A stretch of 64,000 nucleotides of DNA from Octopus vulgaris (lineage: Eukaryota): contig OX597836.1 of NCBI GenBank assembly GCA_951406725.2, forward strand, positions 36,146,001 through 36,210,000, written 5' to 3'. Under the pieces are notes generated by a model. The model did no database searches. It was not told the DNA's origin and saw only the letters and a program-made list of their open reading frames with translations. The position numbers and the translations under genes are program-made. Below, in pieces: positions 1 to 15,535 of this stretch (within the stretch, counting starts at the first letter, position 1; each line of letters begins with the position of its first letter).

Positions 1-280
1 TTTGTTGATTACACCACCTGTTTTCGTCTTTTGTTTGTTCTTGTAAATGCTCCCTCTATATACATATCTATATACACACTTGAATATATACATATATATC
101 TATATACATATATATACATATATATATATACCTAGATATGTATGTATATATACATATAAATCTATATATCTACATATATATATACGTCTATACATGTACA
201 TCTATAAACATACATCTACTTATATATACATCTATGGATATATTCTATATATACATACACTATATATATATATATATATA

Positions 281-538
281 CTAATAAAAGGGTTCAGCAA
301 AGATTTGCTTCACCACCCACCGAAGGTAAGAAATAGCAGCCAAAAATCTTAGCTTTTCTTCTACTTTAAAAAGGCTCTTCCAGAGAAACCAAAATGCTTG
401 AAGGTTATTCAAATCTTTGCTGAACCCTTTTATTAGTATTACTTAAGTTTGCCGTGAAACGGTCCTTTTTTCATACCGAATTCTACTTAGTGTAATTATT
501 GATTACTTCTTGATTAATTAATTTTACCCTTTGTTATT
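281..538. mobile_element. Short (TA)n-embedded cassette with internal 27-bp inverted repeat
   Basis: CTAATAAAAGGGTTCAGCAAAGATTTG (281-307) is the reverse complement of 410-436; a related copy without the fold-back is at about 5700-5945 (shared TAGAAATAGCAGCCAAA-type motif and 3' end). Confidence 0.65.
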
Positions 539-555
539 ATATATATATATATACA

Positions 556-963
556 CTTTACTCTTTTACTTGTTTCAGTCATTTGACTGCGGCCATGCTG
601 GAGCACCGCCTTTAGTCGAGCAAATGGACCCCGGAACTTATTCTTTGTAAGCTCAGTACTTATTCTATCGGTCTCTTTTGCCGAACCGCTAAGTGACGGG
701 GACGTAAACACGCCAGCATCGGTTGTCAAGCAATGCTAGTGGGACAAACACAGACACAGAAACATATACACACACACTTATATATATATATACATATATG
801 CGACAGGCTGCTTTCAGTTTCCGTCTACCAAATCCACTCACAAGGCATTGGTCGGCCCGGGGCTATAGCAGAAGACACATGCCCAAGATGCCACGCAGTG
901 GGACTGAACCGGAACCATGTGGCTGGTTAGCAAGCTACTTACCACACAGCCACTCCTGCGCCT
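556..963 (-). mobile_element. tRNA-derived SINE family A (octopus SINE with internal (TA)n(TG)n tract)
   Basis: Reverse complement begins AGGCGCAGGAGTGGCTGTGTGGTAAG (A-box-like), has a B-box-like GGTTCAGTCCC and ends GAAACAAGTAAAAGAGTAAAG; near-identical to many other copies in the window. Confidence 0.9.
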
Positions 964-1007
964 ATATACATATATATAATATATATATATTTATCTAGAC
1001 AAAAAAC

Positions 1008-1098
<91 letters not shown>

Positions 1099-1463
1099 CA
1101 TGCATAAGACTTTTTCACCTCCCGAGCGTTATACTAATACATTTGTTTGTTGTGTACACCACCTGTCTTCCTCTTTTGTCTTTTTGTGAATTCTACCTCT
1201 ATATATACATGTCTATATACTCACATCTATACCCATGCATATTTATACTTTGATTTATATATAGACATAATTCTGCATATTTGTCTTCGTGTATTACATA
1301 CTTAATCGTGGGTGGCGGAGGAAGGAATTAAAATAATGACTTTCACATTCATAACGATACATACAGTCTCATGCAACACATGCAACTAGTACCACATGCA
1401 AACTCATACACATATATTGGTATATATACATACACACGCATATACAATCATATACATATATGA

Positions 1464-1512
<49 letters not shown>

Positions 1513-1839
1513 GGTATTTCGAACAATTTCTGTCCACAAAAGTTCACTAGGCGTTGGCCAACCTGAGGCTATAATGGAACACTTCTATTCTAAAAACTGC
1601 ACAGTGGGATATTATCTGGAAATTTGTTGTGAAGCAAATTTTTTTTTTAAAATACACGCCTGTACATGTAAGCATTCAGTCATAATAAAGTGAATTTTTT
1701 CTGTAAACAATTTGCAGAAGTAATTTATTTTGAGCAAATATTCTGCTGAAATTCTTTTGTCTGTTTCACATCTGATACGTCAGTGAAATGTTACAGTTTC
1801 TACTACAAAAAAAAAAAAAAAAACAAGACGGAGTAATAT

Positions 1840-2290
1840 ATAACAAATCTTTAAGGAATAAACTGCGAAAGATGAAAGTAGATTCAGTTACACACGAATC
1901 TCACAAAAAAACACAAAATATTACTGTTATAAAAATTAATTTCCCTTTTCTTGGCAAACTTCAGAAAACATCAGTAAAAATTCTGTAGCTCGTTTCACTA
2001 CTCGAAAAAAGAAAATTGTTATTTCTGTTAACTTGAATGACTTGGAAGCTAAGTTGTTCTTTTTCTTTATATTGTGTGCTTTTGAAATCATTTTCGTTCT
2101 TACCGTCAATCATGTAGAAAGACTTGTCCACATAAAAGAAGCAATCTTCCAAATAATATTCTGAAAAAATTTTTGACATTTCAATTCGTATCTAGTATAA
2201 CGATTTCAAATGTGAGCGACGGAACTGGGTTAAATTCGATGAAAGCGGAAAGGATATATCGTGATCGAGTTATTTGGAGGAAGCGTGGAT
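1840..2290 (+). mobile_element. Possible highly decayed Penelope-like ORF remnant (linker to GIY-YIG)
   Basis: Translated pieces KINFPFLGK..S.KI and S-YLV*-RF-KC..DRV resemble the LPYIG and S.vY.f.C motifs of Penelope ORFs; there are many stops and frameshifts. Confidence 0.3.
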
Positions 2291-2445
2291 GGTATATTAG
2301 TTATCCAGAAATACATAAAGAATATTAAACAGATATTAAAACAGATATTAAATATGCACATCTAGTTGCCAACGAGAAATGTTAAACTTGATGCACACAC
2401 ACACACACATACATGTATGTGTATATATATATATGTATATATATG

Positions 2446-2526
<81 letters not shown>

Positions 2527-2705
2527 TGGCAGGGAAAGACTGCTAGAAATAGATCATCAACGATCAAACTGCAAAGAAAGTTCTCTAGAGGAAAAATTCA
2601 GCGAACACCAGAACCAAATTTTGCGGGCAGGACAGATGAAAATTTATATAAAAAACAATATAGATATATATGTGTGTGTGTGTTTATATATATATGTATA
2701 TATAT

Positions 2706-2920
2706 AGTTATTCCAAACATGAAAAGAGAAAGAAAAAAACACAACAACGCGAGGACGTGGAACAAGTATAGTATTATTGGACGCTCAGGAAAGAAGGATA
2801 AAAGGAGGGTTTAACGTTTCGAGCGGAGCTCTTCGTCAGAAACATAGGCAAAGGAAAGATCCAAAGAAGGGAAGACTGAGGAAAAAAAATCGCCAACGGT
2901 ACACACGCGGTCACATTTTG
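2706..2920 (-). mobile_element. Short (TA)n-embedded element carrying a hammerhead motif (Penelope pLTR/retrozyme-like)
   Basis: Same family as 41180-41388 in the opposite orientation; flanked by (TA)n. Confidence 0.7.
2809..2843 (-). ncRNA. Minimal type-I hammerhead ribozyme motif
   Basis: Minus strand reads GUUU-CUGACGA-A-GAGC(UCC)GCUC-GAAAC-GUU^AAAC: intact core, stem II, palindromic AACGUU stem III and stem I GUUU/AAAC. Confidence 0.7.
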
Positions 2921-2924
2921 AATG

Positions 2925-2947
<23 letters not shown>

Positions 2948-2955
<8 letters not shown>

Positions 2956-3234
2956 ATCACGTGACCGACCAGAGCATCAGATGTTGTTACACATCGCTGG
3001 TCACAATGCGTTCGCATTGTTTTAGCCTTCGAATGACGCCACCCCGCTGGCTAAGCGAGCAGGCCAACAGAACAAAGAGTGGTGAAAGAGTACAGCAGGG
3101 ATCCTGCCGGATCCTGGTGGAGCTTTTAGGTGTTTTCGCTCAATAAACACTCACAGCGCCCGGTCTGGGAATCGAAACCGCGATCCTGCGACCGCGAGTC
3201 CGCTGCCCTAACCACTAGGCCATTGCGCCTCCAC
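2948..3234 (-). mobile_element. tRNA-derived SINE family B2 (probably an OR-type octopus SINE)
   Basis: Head GTGGAGGCGCAATGGCCTAGTGGTTAGGGCAGCGGACTCGCGG...GGTTTCGATTCCC; tail ends CACGTGATCACGTGA(TA)n. Confidence 0.85.
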
Positions 3235-3264
3235 TATATATATGTATATATAAAATTGGTGGTG

Positions 3265-3570
3265 TAGGTGTAGCTGATTAGTAAGTTTGCTTCCCAAGTA
3301 CATAGTTTCACGTGCAGACGCATAACATGGCATCTTGGATATGTGTCTTCTACGATAGCCCAGAGGGACCAAAGTTTTGTTATTTGAATATTGTGGAAGT
3401 AAACTGCGTGAAACCTGTCCTATTGTATGTGTGGGGGGTATTTGCGCATGCCTATTTGTGCGTGTCTCTTTATGTCTCTTTTAGTCGTTCGCCGTTGCTT
3501 CACAAAAAATGTATTGGTTTGGTCACGACCACATGATATTGTGTTTCAGCTAGAATAGAAAAACTGGGCC
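3265..3570 (+). mobile_element. Decayed SINE family A
   Basis: Degenerate match to the family A head and body. Confidence 0.6.
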
Positions 3571-3756
3571 GAGTCATAAATAATTTCTGTTTTTTTTTTT
3601 TTTGGCAGTAAATTGTAAACACACATTTCAAGCTTCAGATGTTCAAACTGAAATGGTAACTACAGTTTTTAAAAGAGCCTTATCTGCCATTTACATTTAA
3701 GCAGTAAACGCGTGCAAGCCGTAAAAGCCTGCACATCATAGTTTAATATTAAATTT

Positions 3757-3972
3757 AAGGCAGCGAGCTGGCAGAAACGTTAGCACGCCGGGCGAAATGC
3801 GTATTACGTTCCGAGTTCAAATTCCACCGAGGTCGACTTTGCCTTTCATCCTTTCGGGGTCGATAAATTAAGTATCAGTTACGCACTGGGGTCGATGCAA
3901 TCGACTTAATCCCTTTGTCTGTCCTTGTTTGTCCCCTCTCTGTTTAGCCCCTTGTGGGTAGTAAAGAAATAA
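3757..3972 (+). mobile_element. SINE family C
   Basis: AAGGCAGCGAGCTGGCAGAA head, GAGTTCAAATTCC B-box, central GCCTTTCATCCTTTCGGGGTCGATAAA domain; TSD AATATTAAATTT. Confidence 0.9.
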
Positions 3973-4087
3973 ATATTAAATTTCATTCATTAACATGTAT
4001 CAACGGAAAGTGCATATTCGACATTTGATGTTGCGGGAGGGTGAGAATCGGAAAAAACAAACATAAGAGAAACGGCTAATTAAATAT

Positions 4088-4249
4088 GCAGAGGAGTGGT
4101 TGTGTGGTAAGTAGCTTGCTAACCAACTACATGGTTGCGGGTTCAGTCTCACTGCGTGGCATCTTGGGCGAGTGTCTTCTGCTATAGCCCCCGGCCCGAC
4201 CAAAGCCTTGTGAGTGGATTTGGTAGACGGAAACTGAAAGAAGCCTGTC

Positions 4250-4307
<58 letters not shown>

Positions 4308-4505
4308 GTGTCTGTGTTTGTTCCCCTAGCATTGCTTGACAACCGATGCTGGTGTGTTTACGTCCCCGTCACCTAGCGGTTCGGCAAAAGAGACCGATAG
4401 AATAAGTACTGGGCTTACAAAGAATAAGTCCCGGGGTCGATTTGCTCGACTAAAGGCGGTGATCCAGCATGGCCACAGTCAAATGACTGAAACAAGTAAA
4501 AGAAA
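4088..4505 (+). mobile_element. SINE family A
   Basis: Full-length copy with internal (TA)n(TATG)n tract. Confidence 0.9.
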
Positions 4506-4519
4506 AACAAAATGCTTTA

Positions 4520-5530
4520 TTACTGACCCGCAAGTCCGAATTTAGTTTTCAAAGTTTCGTCCCGGAGATTTGTCACTGAGAGATCATCTCTGACCAGGAC
4601 GCTAATCATACTTCGACTACGATGCTTTGAGAGAATTAGTGAAATCAGTCCTTGTAAAGGTACTCACGAATTAGCAACTGACCTCAAAACATCCGAATCC
4701 ATCATCTGCCGCCACCTGAAAACGATAGGAAAAGTCAGCAAGCTGGTAGTTTGCTTTCCCCATACTCTTAGAAATAATAGAATGTGGGGGCGCAATGGCC
4801 CAGTGGTTAGGGCAGCGGACTCGCGGTCATAGGATCGCGGTTTCGATTCCCAGACCGGGCGTTGTGAGTGTTTATTGAGCGAAGACACCTAAAGCTCCAC
4901 GACACTCCGGCAGGGAATGGTGGTGGTCCCTGCTGTACTCTTTCACCACAACTTTCTCTCACTTTTACTTCCTGTTTCTGTTGTACCTGTATTTCAAAGG
5001 GCCGGCCTTGTCACTCTCTGTGTCACGCTGAATATCCCCGAGAACTACGTTAAGGTTACACGTGTCTGTGGAGTGCTCAGCCACTTACACGTTAATTTCA
5101 CGAGCAGGCTGTTCCGGATGATCCGGATCAACCGGAACCCTCATCGTCGTTACCGACGGAGTGCTTCCACAGAAATAATAGGGTAGATCGAATGTGCATA
5201 GCGACAAGTCTTCTTTGTAGGCAGAGAAGTGACTCGTTTCCCATAAATGAGCCTTTTATGACAATGTTCATCGGAAAAGGCAGTGAATGGACAAGGATAA
5301 AATCTTCACAACCTAGCTCAAAGGCTGCGCTGCAGGGAAGTAAGGTTGTGTTGTGCGTATGGTGGGACCAACGCGGTATTATTCAGTTTGAGGTTTTGAA
5401 CTGCAGTCAAACACAAAATTTCGCCCTATACCTTCGAGAGCTGCAAAATGTGCATGAAAATATTTTAAAGAAGCCCCCTGCACACGTCAATAAGAGAAAT
5501 GTGTTGCTTTTCCATGACATTTTTTTTCAT
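4520..5530 (+). mobile_element. Decayed mariner transposase remnant, split by a SINE
   Basis: KFR.GD.SL.D..R.GR, ELA.DL..S...ICRHLK.IGKVSKL, KVVLCVWWD..GII.FE.L and NVLLFHD motifs. Confidence 0.8.
4784..5170 (+). mobile_element. SINE family B1
   Basis: Family B tRNA-like head with the B1 tail ...CGACGGAGTGCTTCCAC; TSD AGAAATAATAG. Confidence 0.9.
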
Positions 5531-5633
5531 GAGTAGAGAAGTTTAAAGAAATCGAAAAGTATAAACGACTCAACGCCGCAATATCACGGTGGAACTGTTC
5601 GGCTTAAAATATTCAACGCAGTTCACCACTTTG

Positions 5634-5699
<66 letters not shown>

Positions 5700-5700
<1 letters not shown>

Positions 5701-5943
5701 ATTACTTTATATAATTAGGGTTCAGCAAAAAAATTTACTTTACTACACACCGAATTTTTAGAAATAGCAGCCAAAGAATTTAGCTATTCCTCCCACTATA
5801 AGAAGAGTCTCCCAGACAACGTATACTCACTCTAATTATATAAATTAATCTTTAAATTTACCGTAAATGGTCCTTTTACATACTGAACACTGCTTGGTAA
5901 AATTATTAATTACTAATTAATTAATTTTACCATTATTATTATT

Positions 5944-5945
<2 letters not shown>
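5700..5945. mobile_element. (TA)n-embedded cassette related to 281-538
   Basis: Shares AGGGTTCAGCAAA, GAAATAGCAGCCAAA, GGTCCTTTT and ATTAATTAATTTTACC. Confidence 0.6.
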
Positions 5946-6483
<538 letters not shown>

Positions 6484-6767
6484 TAGATAGATAGATTGAA
6501 AGATATAATCATAGATAGAGAGATAGAGTCAAAAATATCGAGAGACAGACTGATTAAGGATACCCAGCAATTGAAGTCCCTTAAAGTCGGCGACACTTAG
6601 CTGAGATATGTATGCCCGAAGAAAGAAACACAAACAAGTTGTTTGAGAAGCGAACGTCTTATGATATTGCGTCCATTTCCTTACGCGCTCCATCTTGCAA
6701 ATCACTCGACGTATCTTTGAGAGAACGATATAGATAATACCATCTTGCTATTTTAGTACATTAGTGA

Positions 6768-7147
6768 GTGGAGGCGCAATGGCCCAGTTGTTAGGGGCAA
6801 CGGACTCGCGGTCGTAGGATCGCGGTTTCGATTCCCAGACCGGGCGTTGTGAGTGTTTATTGAGCGAAAACACCTAAAGCTCCACGAGGCTCCGGCAGGG
6901 GATGGTGGTGATCCCTGCTGTACTCTTTCACCACAACTTTCTCTTACTTCCTGTTTCTGTTGTACCTGTATTTCAAAGGGCCGGCCTTGTCACTCTCTGT
7001 GTCACGCTGAATATCCCCGAGAACTACGTTAAGGGTAAACGTGTCTGTGGAGTGCTCAGCCACTTACACGTTAATTTTACGAGCAGGCTGTTCCGTTGAT
7101 CGGATCAACCGGAACCCTCGTCGTGGTAACCGACGGAGTGCTTCCAC
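6768..7147 (+). mobile_element. SINE family B1
   Basis: Full copy; TSD ACATTAGTGA. Confidence 0.9.
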
Positions 7148-7548
7148 ACATTAGTGAATCTGTATAGCGTATAGATTAATCACATCTACTCTCTCGATAT
7201 TTCTTCAGAGTCATTCTAATTGGTTTGCTTTCTTTTATTTCTTACATTTACTACACTTACGTAGGACATTTCGAATAATTTTATTGCAGTTCTTTTCACG
7301 ACTTTTCTTTATATTCATTAAAAGATCTTCTCAGATATGTATGTATTGTTACTTTATCTCCGGCTTGTAAGTTTCTCAAACGACGTTACATCAGCAGATT
7401 TCATAAAAATCATTCTGGTACATTTCGATACCATTTCGATACCATAATCGTCCATATAAACACACACACACACACTCACACACACACACACACACAAATA
7501 CACACACACACACACATACATACATACATACATACATACATACATACA

Positions 7549-7584
<36 letters not shown>

Positions 7585-7614
7585 TATATTTATATGTAAG
7601 TATATATGACTATA

Positions 7615-10270
<2,656 letters not shown>

Positions 10271-10414
10271 CCAAGCTGTATCGGTTTTTGCCTTTCCCTT
10301 GGATAACATCGGGGGCGCCGAGAGAGCGGCTGGTATGTATGAACTTTGCACTGAAGTTTGCCTCGGAGAGTAACTTTCTTGCATGGTCATTCCTGATTGA
10401 AAAGGGGTTATTAC

Positions 10415-10543
<129 letters not shown>

Positions 10544-11168
10544 TACATAACCGATGATAGTGTAACTATCCTTCGCATTTGCAATAAATAATATTCTTTT
10601 TTAAGAAGAAACTCTTAATATGAAAATGATTCTGTATTTTTTTTGTATAATCACTGTGTTTATATTTCACCATATTGCTAAACATGTTTCCTTACCAAAT
10701 CCCTTAAAGCTCTAGGTTTACGTGACACATACTTATGTACAGAATGTTACAGTAAATAGGTTGATCCTCACTTAGCATTTCCGTCTTGATTGCATCCTCC
10801 CAAATGAAGGTGAGCAAGCCAAAAATTGGAAGCCACTTTTAACCTTTTCCTTGTCGTACAATTTAAATATGTACCCACTTAAAACAATTGAATAACTTTT
10901 CAGTTAAATGCTTTCTGAGTAAATCTCGAGAGATAAACAAACATTAATACATATATACATACACACACGCATACATACATACATAGAATATGAAGCTAGA
11001 TGGTAAAATGTCTTTATATTTTCATTTCGTCCCTGTCAAATTTTATCCCTAATTTTGTGGTTATAGAACCTAGCTGTTCTTTCTAATGTGTTGAATCCAA
11101 CGTTTGGTTCCCTTATGTATTTAAATACATACATACATACACTTATATAAATATATATATATATATAT

Positions 11169-11562
11169 AGGCGCAGGAGTGGCTGTGTGGTAAGTAGCTT
11201 GTTTACCAACCACATAGTTCCAGGTTCAGTCCCACTGCATGGCACCTTGGGCAAGTGTCTTCTACTATAGCCTCGGACCGACCAAAGCCTTGTGAGTGGA
11301 TTTGGTAGACGGAAACTGTCTATATATGCGTATATATGCTTGTGCGTGTGTTTGTTTGTGTGTCTGTGTTTGTCCCCCTAGCATTGCTTGACAACCGATG
11401 CTGGTGTGTTTATGTCCCCGTCACTTAGTGGTTCGGCATAAGAGACCGATAGAGTAAGTACTGAGCTTACAAAAGAATAAGTCCCGGGGTCGAGTTGCTC
11501 GATTAAAGGCGGTGCTCCAGCATGGCCGCAGTCAAATGACTGAAACAAGTAAAAGAGTAAAA
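11169..11562 (+). mobile_element. SINE family A
   Basis: Near full-length copy. Confidence 0.9.
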
Positions 11563-11597
<35 letters not shown>

Positions 11598-11933
11598 TAT
11601 CTATGTATGTATAAAGACAATTACGATAAATACAGAGATTAGTACGTTTGCATACTCCTTTTTTACTTCTACAATCACTTATACTGCGTATTTGAGTCAA
11701 ATATGCCTGACGGACGTTTCTGCTTCCAGGCTTGGATACCTTAAGTACTCCTACGTGCTCCTTACAACTCGATGCCATAACCTGAATTTAATGTTGTTAC
11801 GTTACCAGCCTGGATAATTCATCTCTATCCTTCTAATATGTCGATCTCTCACGCCACCTCTATCGCTCTTAGTATATTCTTTTGTTCTTTTAATCCTTCA
11901 CATGTTTGAGTCATTTGACAGCGCCAATATATA

Positions 11934-11989
<56 letters not shown>

Positions 11990-12047
11990 CATTTATGAGT
12001 GTGAGCGTATGTGCGTGTGTGTGTGTTTATGTGTATATCCATGTCTA

Positions 12048-12280
12048 TTATTTCTTAATTGCCCAAAGGGGGCTAAACATAGAGGGGACAAACAAGGACA
12101 GACAAAGGGATTAAGTCAATTACATCGACCCCAGTGCGTAACTGGTACTTAATTTATCGACCCCGAAAGGATGAAAGTCAAAGTCGACCTCGGCGGAGTT
12201 TGAACTCAGAACGTAGCGGCAGACGAAATACCAGTAAGGAATTTGCCCGGCGTGCTAACGTTTCTGCCAGCTCGCCGCCT
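12048..12280 (-). mobile_element. SINE family C
   Basis: Reverse complement of the family C consensus. Confidence 0.9.
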
Positions 12281-12449
12281 AAACGCATGTATTTGCATGT
12301 TTACGTATGTATAAGTATATGTACGTAGATAAAGCATAAAAATATCTGAGCGTTTATTTATTAACGCTCAGAATATCTTGGTCAAAGCTATCTTTATGTT
12401 TAAAATCACGCGATTATGCTGTAGTGCAGTGGCATTGAAATCTGAACCA

Positions 12450-13420
12450 CGAGATACCAAGGTGAATTTCTTAAAACGCAAATCTTTCGGCGGCCATTTG
12501 CACGATGCTCTTTGCTGTCTTATCTGATTATCCTGAAAGGATCTACTAACATAAACATCTCATCCTCTTAGAACACATTAATCTATCCATGTTACTCAGA
12601 GGTTAATCACATCAACTCTTCTGATGTTTATTCAGCGTTATTCTAATTCGTTTTCTCCTTTACCTTGCATCTTCTGCTCTTACATAACGCAGATGTCTTT
12701 TATAATTCTTTCATTTTCATTTTCGTTTTATCTACATACCTTTTAAATTCTTTGGATATATTTCTACCTATCTACGTATTGATTTTTTTCCTAATATTTG
12801 TAAGTTTTTCCGTGTTATTTCATCAGATTTCTGTAATTGGTTCAGGTATGCTTCGATACCATAATACAATTTTCTTAATTGTATATATTCTCTTGGTAAT
12901 GATGATATTCACTTCTCCATCTAGCATGCCGTTGAAATTCCATTTGCTGTTTCTTTCAGTTCTGCCATCCAATATATTTTGATTGACCTAAATGACACTT
13001 CATAAAATAACCTTCGTTGAAAATGCTTTCCTCTTTTATTACATCTATCTCAGTTTGGAACACAGAACGCATATTTCCCTAGATCTCGTTGTTGTGGTTG
13101 CCTTAATAAATTTTCAACCTGACTTCAATTTACAGAATGGCTTCAATTCCATCTGCTTTGAGATTTGGAACTTTTATGGATAAAGTTCTCAGGTGCAGTG
13201 TGCCTCGAGTAAGTTTGCTAGAGAAAGTTACATTGCTTACAAAATATTGATCTTGCTTGAAGATATAACTCCATGGGAACTATTGTATGTTCATCGTGTT
13301 GATGATCGATACATCTACGCCATGCCTTGTTCCGATCATACTTTATTAAAATTCCGCTATAGTAAATGTCTTACATATGTATATGGACGAATACTAACCA
13401 CACAGCTCGAAATAACTAAT
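12450..13420 (-). mobile_element. Decayed RTE-like LINE endonuclease remnant
   Basis: Minus-strand fragments YSG..HGV, INIL.A, WRS and ISDKT occur in the order expected for an RTE APE domain; homologous to 7175-7450. Confidence 0.45.
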
Positions 13421-14067
13421 GGCGAAAACGTCAATATCACAGAAATACGATTTCTGCAAAGTTAATTTTTTTTTTTTAAGGTTTCTTTGTACCGTAGATA
13501 ATATTGCTAGAGAACTACGCATCGTTCTTTCTCCCAATTGATTTCAGTCACTTAACTTTTTGTGCGCCTATTCTGCACGACTATGGAGCATTAAATAACA
13601 TACAGTTGGTATTATATAGCATACTGTGTTTTCCTATATATAAATATTAGTGTTTAATCATACGTACAACCTTCGACAATTATTTCCTATTAACCGTGCT
13701 TCTTAGTTATTGTCAGCACAATTGCTATACTTTAGTAATAACGATAATGTATAAAGTTTCACAGCAGGGATTTAACCAATGTAATATCCTCATTTGGCGT
13801 GTCTTAGTGGTTAAGTAGTTTGCTACTCAACGATGAGGACTCAGACTATGTTGTACTGCGTGACAACTTGGTCACGTATCTTCTATTTTACCGTCCGATT
13901 GACCAATACTTTGTGAAAGAAATGTAGGCCGAGGCACGTTTCAGACTAAAACACAAACACACATACACACACACACACACACTCTCACGAACACAACAAT
14001 TTAATATAGACAGCAATATATTGCCAAAAAAGAAAGCTATAATTGTAACTATATATATATATATATA

Positions 14068-14262
14068 CCTTGGCCATGATAGATCGTTAGCCACTACACA
14101 CATTTTTTTCTCCTTGTTTTTTCTGTATCCCTTTCTGTAGAAGAGCGTAGGCTCGAAGCGTAAAAGACATTTTCTATTCCTGAACGTTATACTAATACAT
14201 CTCTTTGTTTTGTACACCACGTGTCTTCGTGTTTTTTTTGTTTTTTTTTGCAAACTCTCCCT
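14068..14262 (+). mobile_element. (TA)n-embedded cassette with hammerhead-like motif
   Basis: 14131-14166 reads CUUU-CUGUAGA-A-GAGC(GUAG)GCUC-GAAGC-GUA^AAAG; the 3' part recurs at 1-56 and 1108-1200. Confidence 0.65.
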
Positions 14263-14959
14263 ATATATATAAAGTTCTTTTAAAATTTTATCGTATTTCA
14301 TTTGCCCTATTTTATTCCTTTAAGATTTTATATGTTATTTTAACTCCAATCTACTTTCAACCAGTATTGTGATTATTACCCTCTTCTCGTTGTTTTCCTA
14401 TTACCCCATGTTTATTTGCATTGTTACTTCTGTTATTATTTTAGGAGATGATGTTATTGTGATTTTGATATTATTGATATTGATGTTATTAATACTGACG
14501 TTGTTGATGCTGATGATGACACCTACATCATAATTGTTTTGGTATAACACATTACTCTGTAAGTTTACTCAAATCCTCTAAAATTATTCCCCCACTATAT
14601 TGGACGAAAAACTTGAAATTACGGTCTTAGATTCCCTCATATCCATGAAAAGCCAATTTCAAATTGAAACACATTGGCTGTAAAATATCGGACCTATATT
14701 CAATGCCAATAAGTTAATGTTGCTGACCTATGTTTGTGACTGTTGCTCTCCCAAATTATCGAATATAATACTCGTAGTACTACAACTGCTAATACTACTA
14801 CTAATACTATTACTGTTACTTCTTAGTAACACTCCCTCAATTGCTATCATCTTATTGTAACCTGCCTTTTACTTTTTCTAATTAAGCATCCCAATCTTTC
14901 TCCATTTTTCTCCAGAGAATAGCCATTCTTCAAGTGCTTTGTGTGTTATTTCCTGCAAT

Positions 14960-15071
14960 GGCTCTGACGAAGTTATCCTTAATTTTCTTATGTCTTTGAG
15001 TTTATCTCAATTGATCAATAGATGGATTGAGTGAAACTGTCTTTAATGACAACTGGAAACAGCTGTAGGCT
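14960..15071 (+). ncRNA. Hammerhead-like motif with long stem II
   Basis: CUGACGA-AGUUAUC...GACAACU-G-GAAAC-AGCU-GUA; palindromic ACAGCUGU stem III. Confidence 0.55.
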
Positions 15072-15100
15072 AAATTTGCTATAATAAAAATGTTATATAT

Positions 15101-15272
15101 AGGCGCAGGAGTGGCTGTGTGGTAAGTAGCTTGCTTACCAACCACATGGTTCCGGGTTCAGTCCCACTGCGTGGCATTTTGGGCAAGTGTCTTCTGCTAT
15201 AGTCCCGGGCCGACCAATGCCTTGTGAGTGGATTTGGTAGACGGAAACTGAAAGAAGCCTGTCATATATATG

Positions 15273-15317
<45 letters not shown>

Positions 15318-15535
15318 TTATGTGTCTGTGTTTGTCCCCCTAGCATTGCTTGACAACCGATGCTGGTGTGTTTACGTCCCCGTCACTTAGCAGTTCGGCA
15401 AAAGAGACCGATAGAATAAGCACTGGGCTTACAAAGAATAAGTCCCGGGGTCGATTTGCTCGACTAAAAGCGGTGCTCCAGCATGGCTGCAGTCAAATGA
15501 CTGAAACAAGTAAAAGAGTAAAGAGAAAGAGTAAA
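15101..15535 (+). mobile_element. SINE family A
   Basis: Full-length copy. Confidence 0.9.

Noticed and set aside
4784-4860. tRNA-Arg-like cloverleaf (TGGCCCAGTGGTTAGGGCAGCGGACTCGCGG...GGTTTCGATTCCC)
   Set aside because: It is the head of a multi-copy SINE followed by a constant body and TSDs, not a tRNA gene.
10783-10815. Possible micro-exon (TAG|...AAG|GTGAGC)
   Set aside because: Isolated splice-like words are expected by chance, and no partner exons were found.
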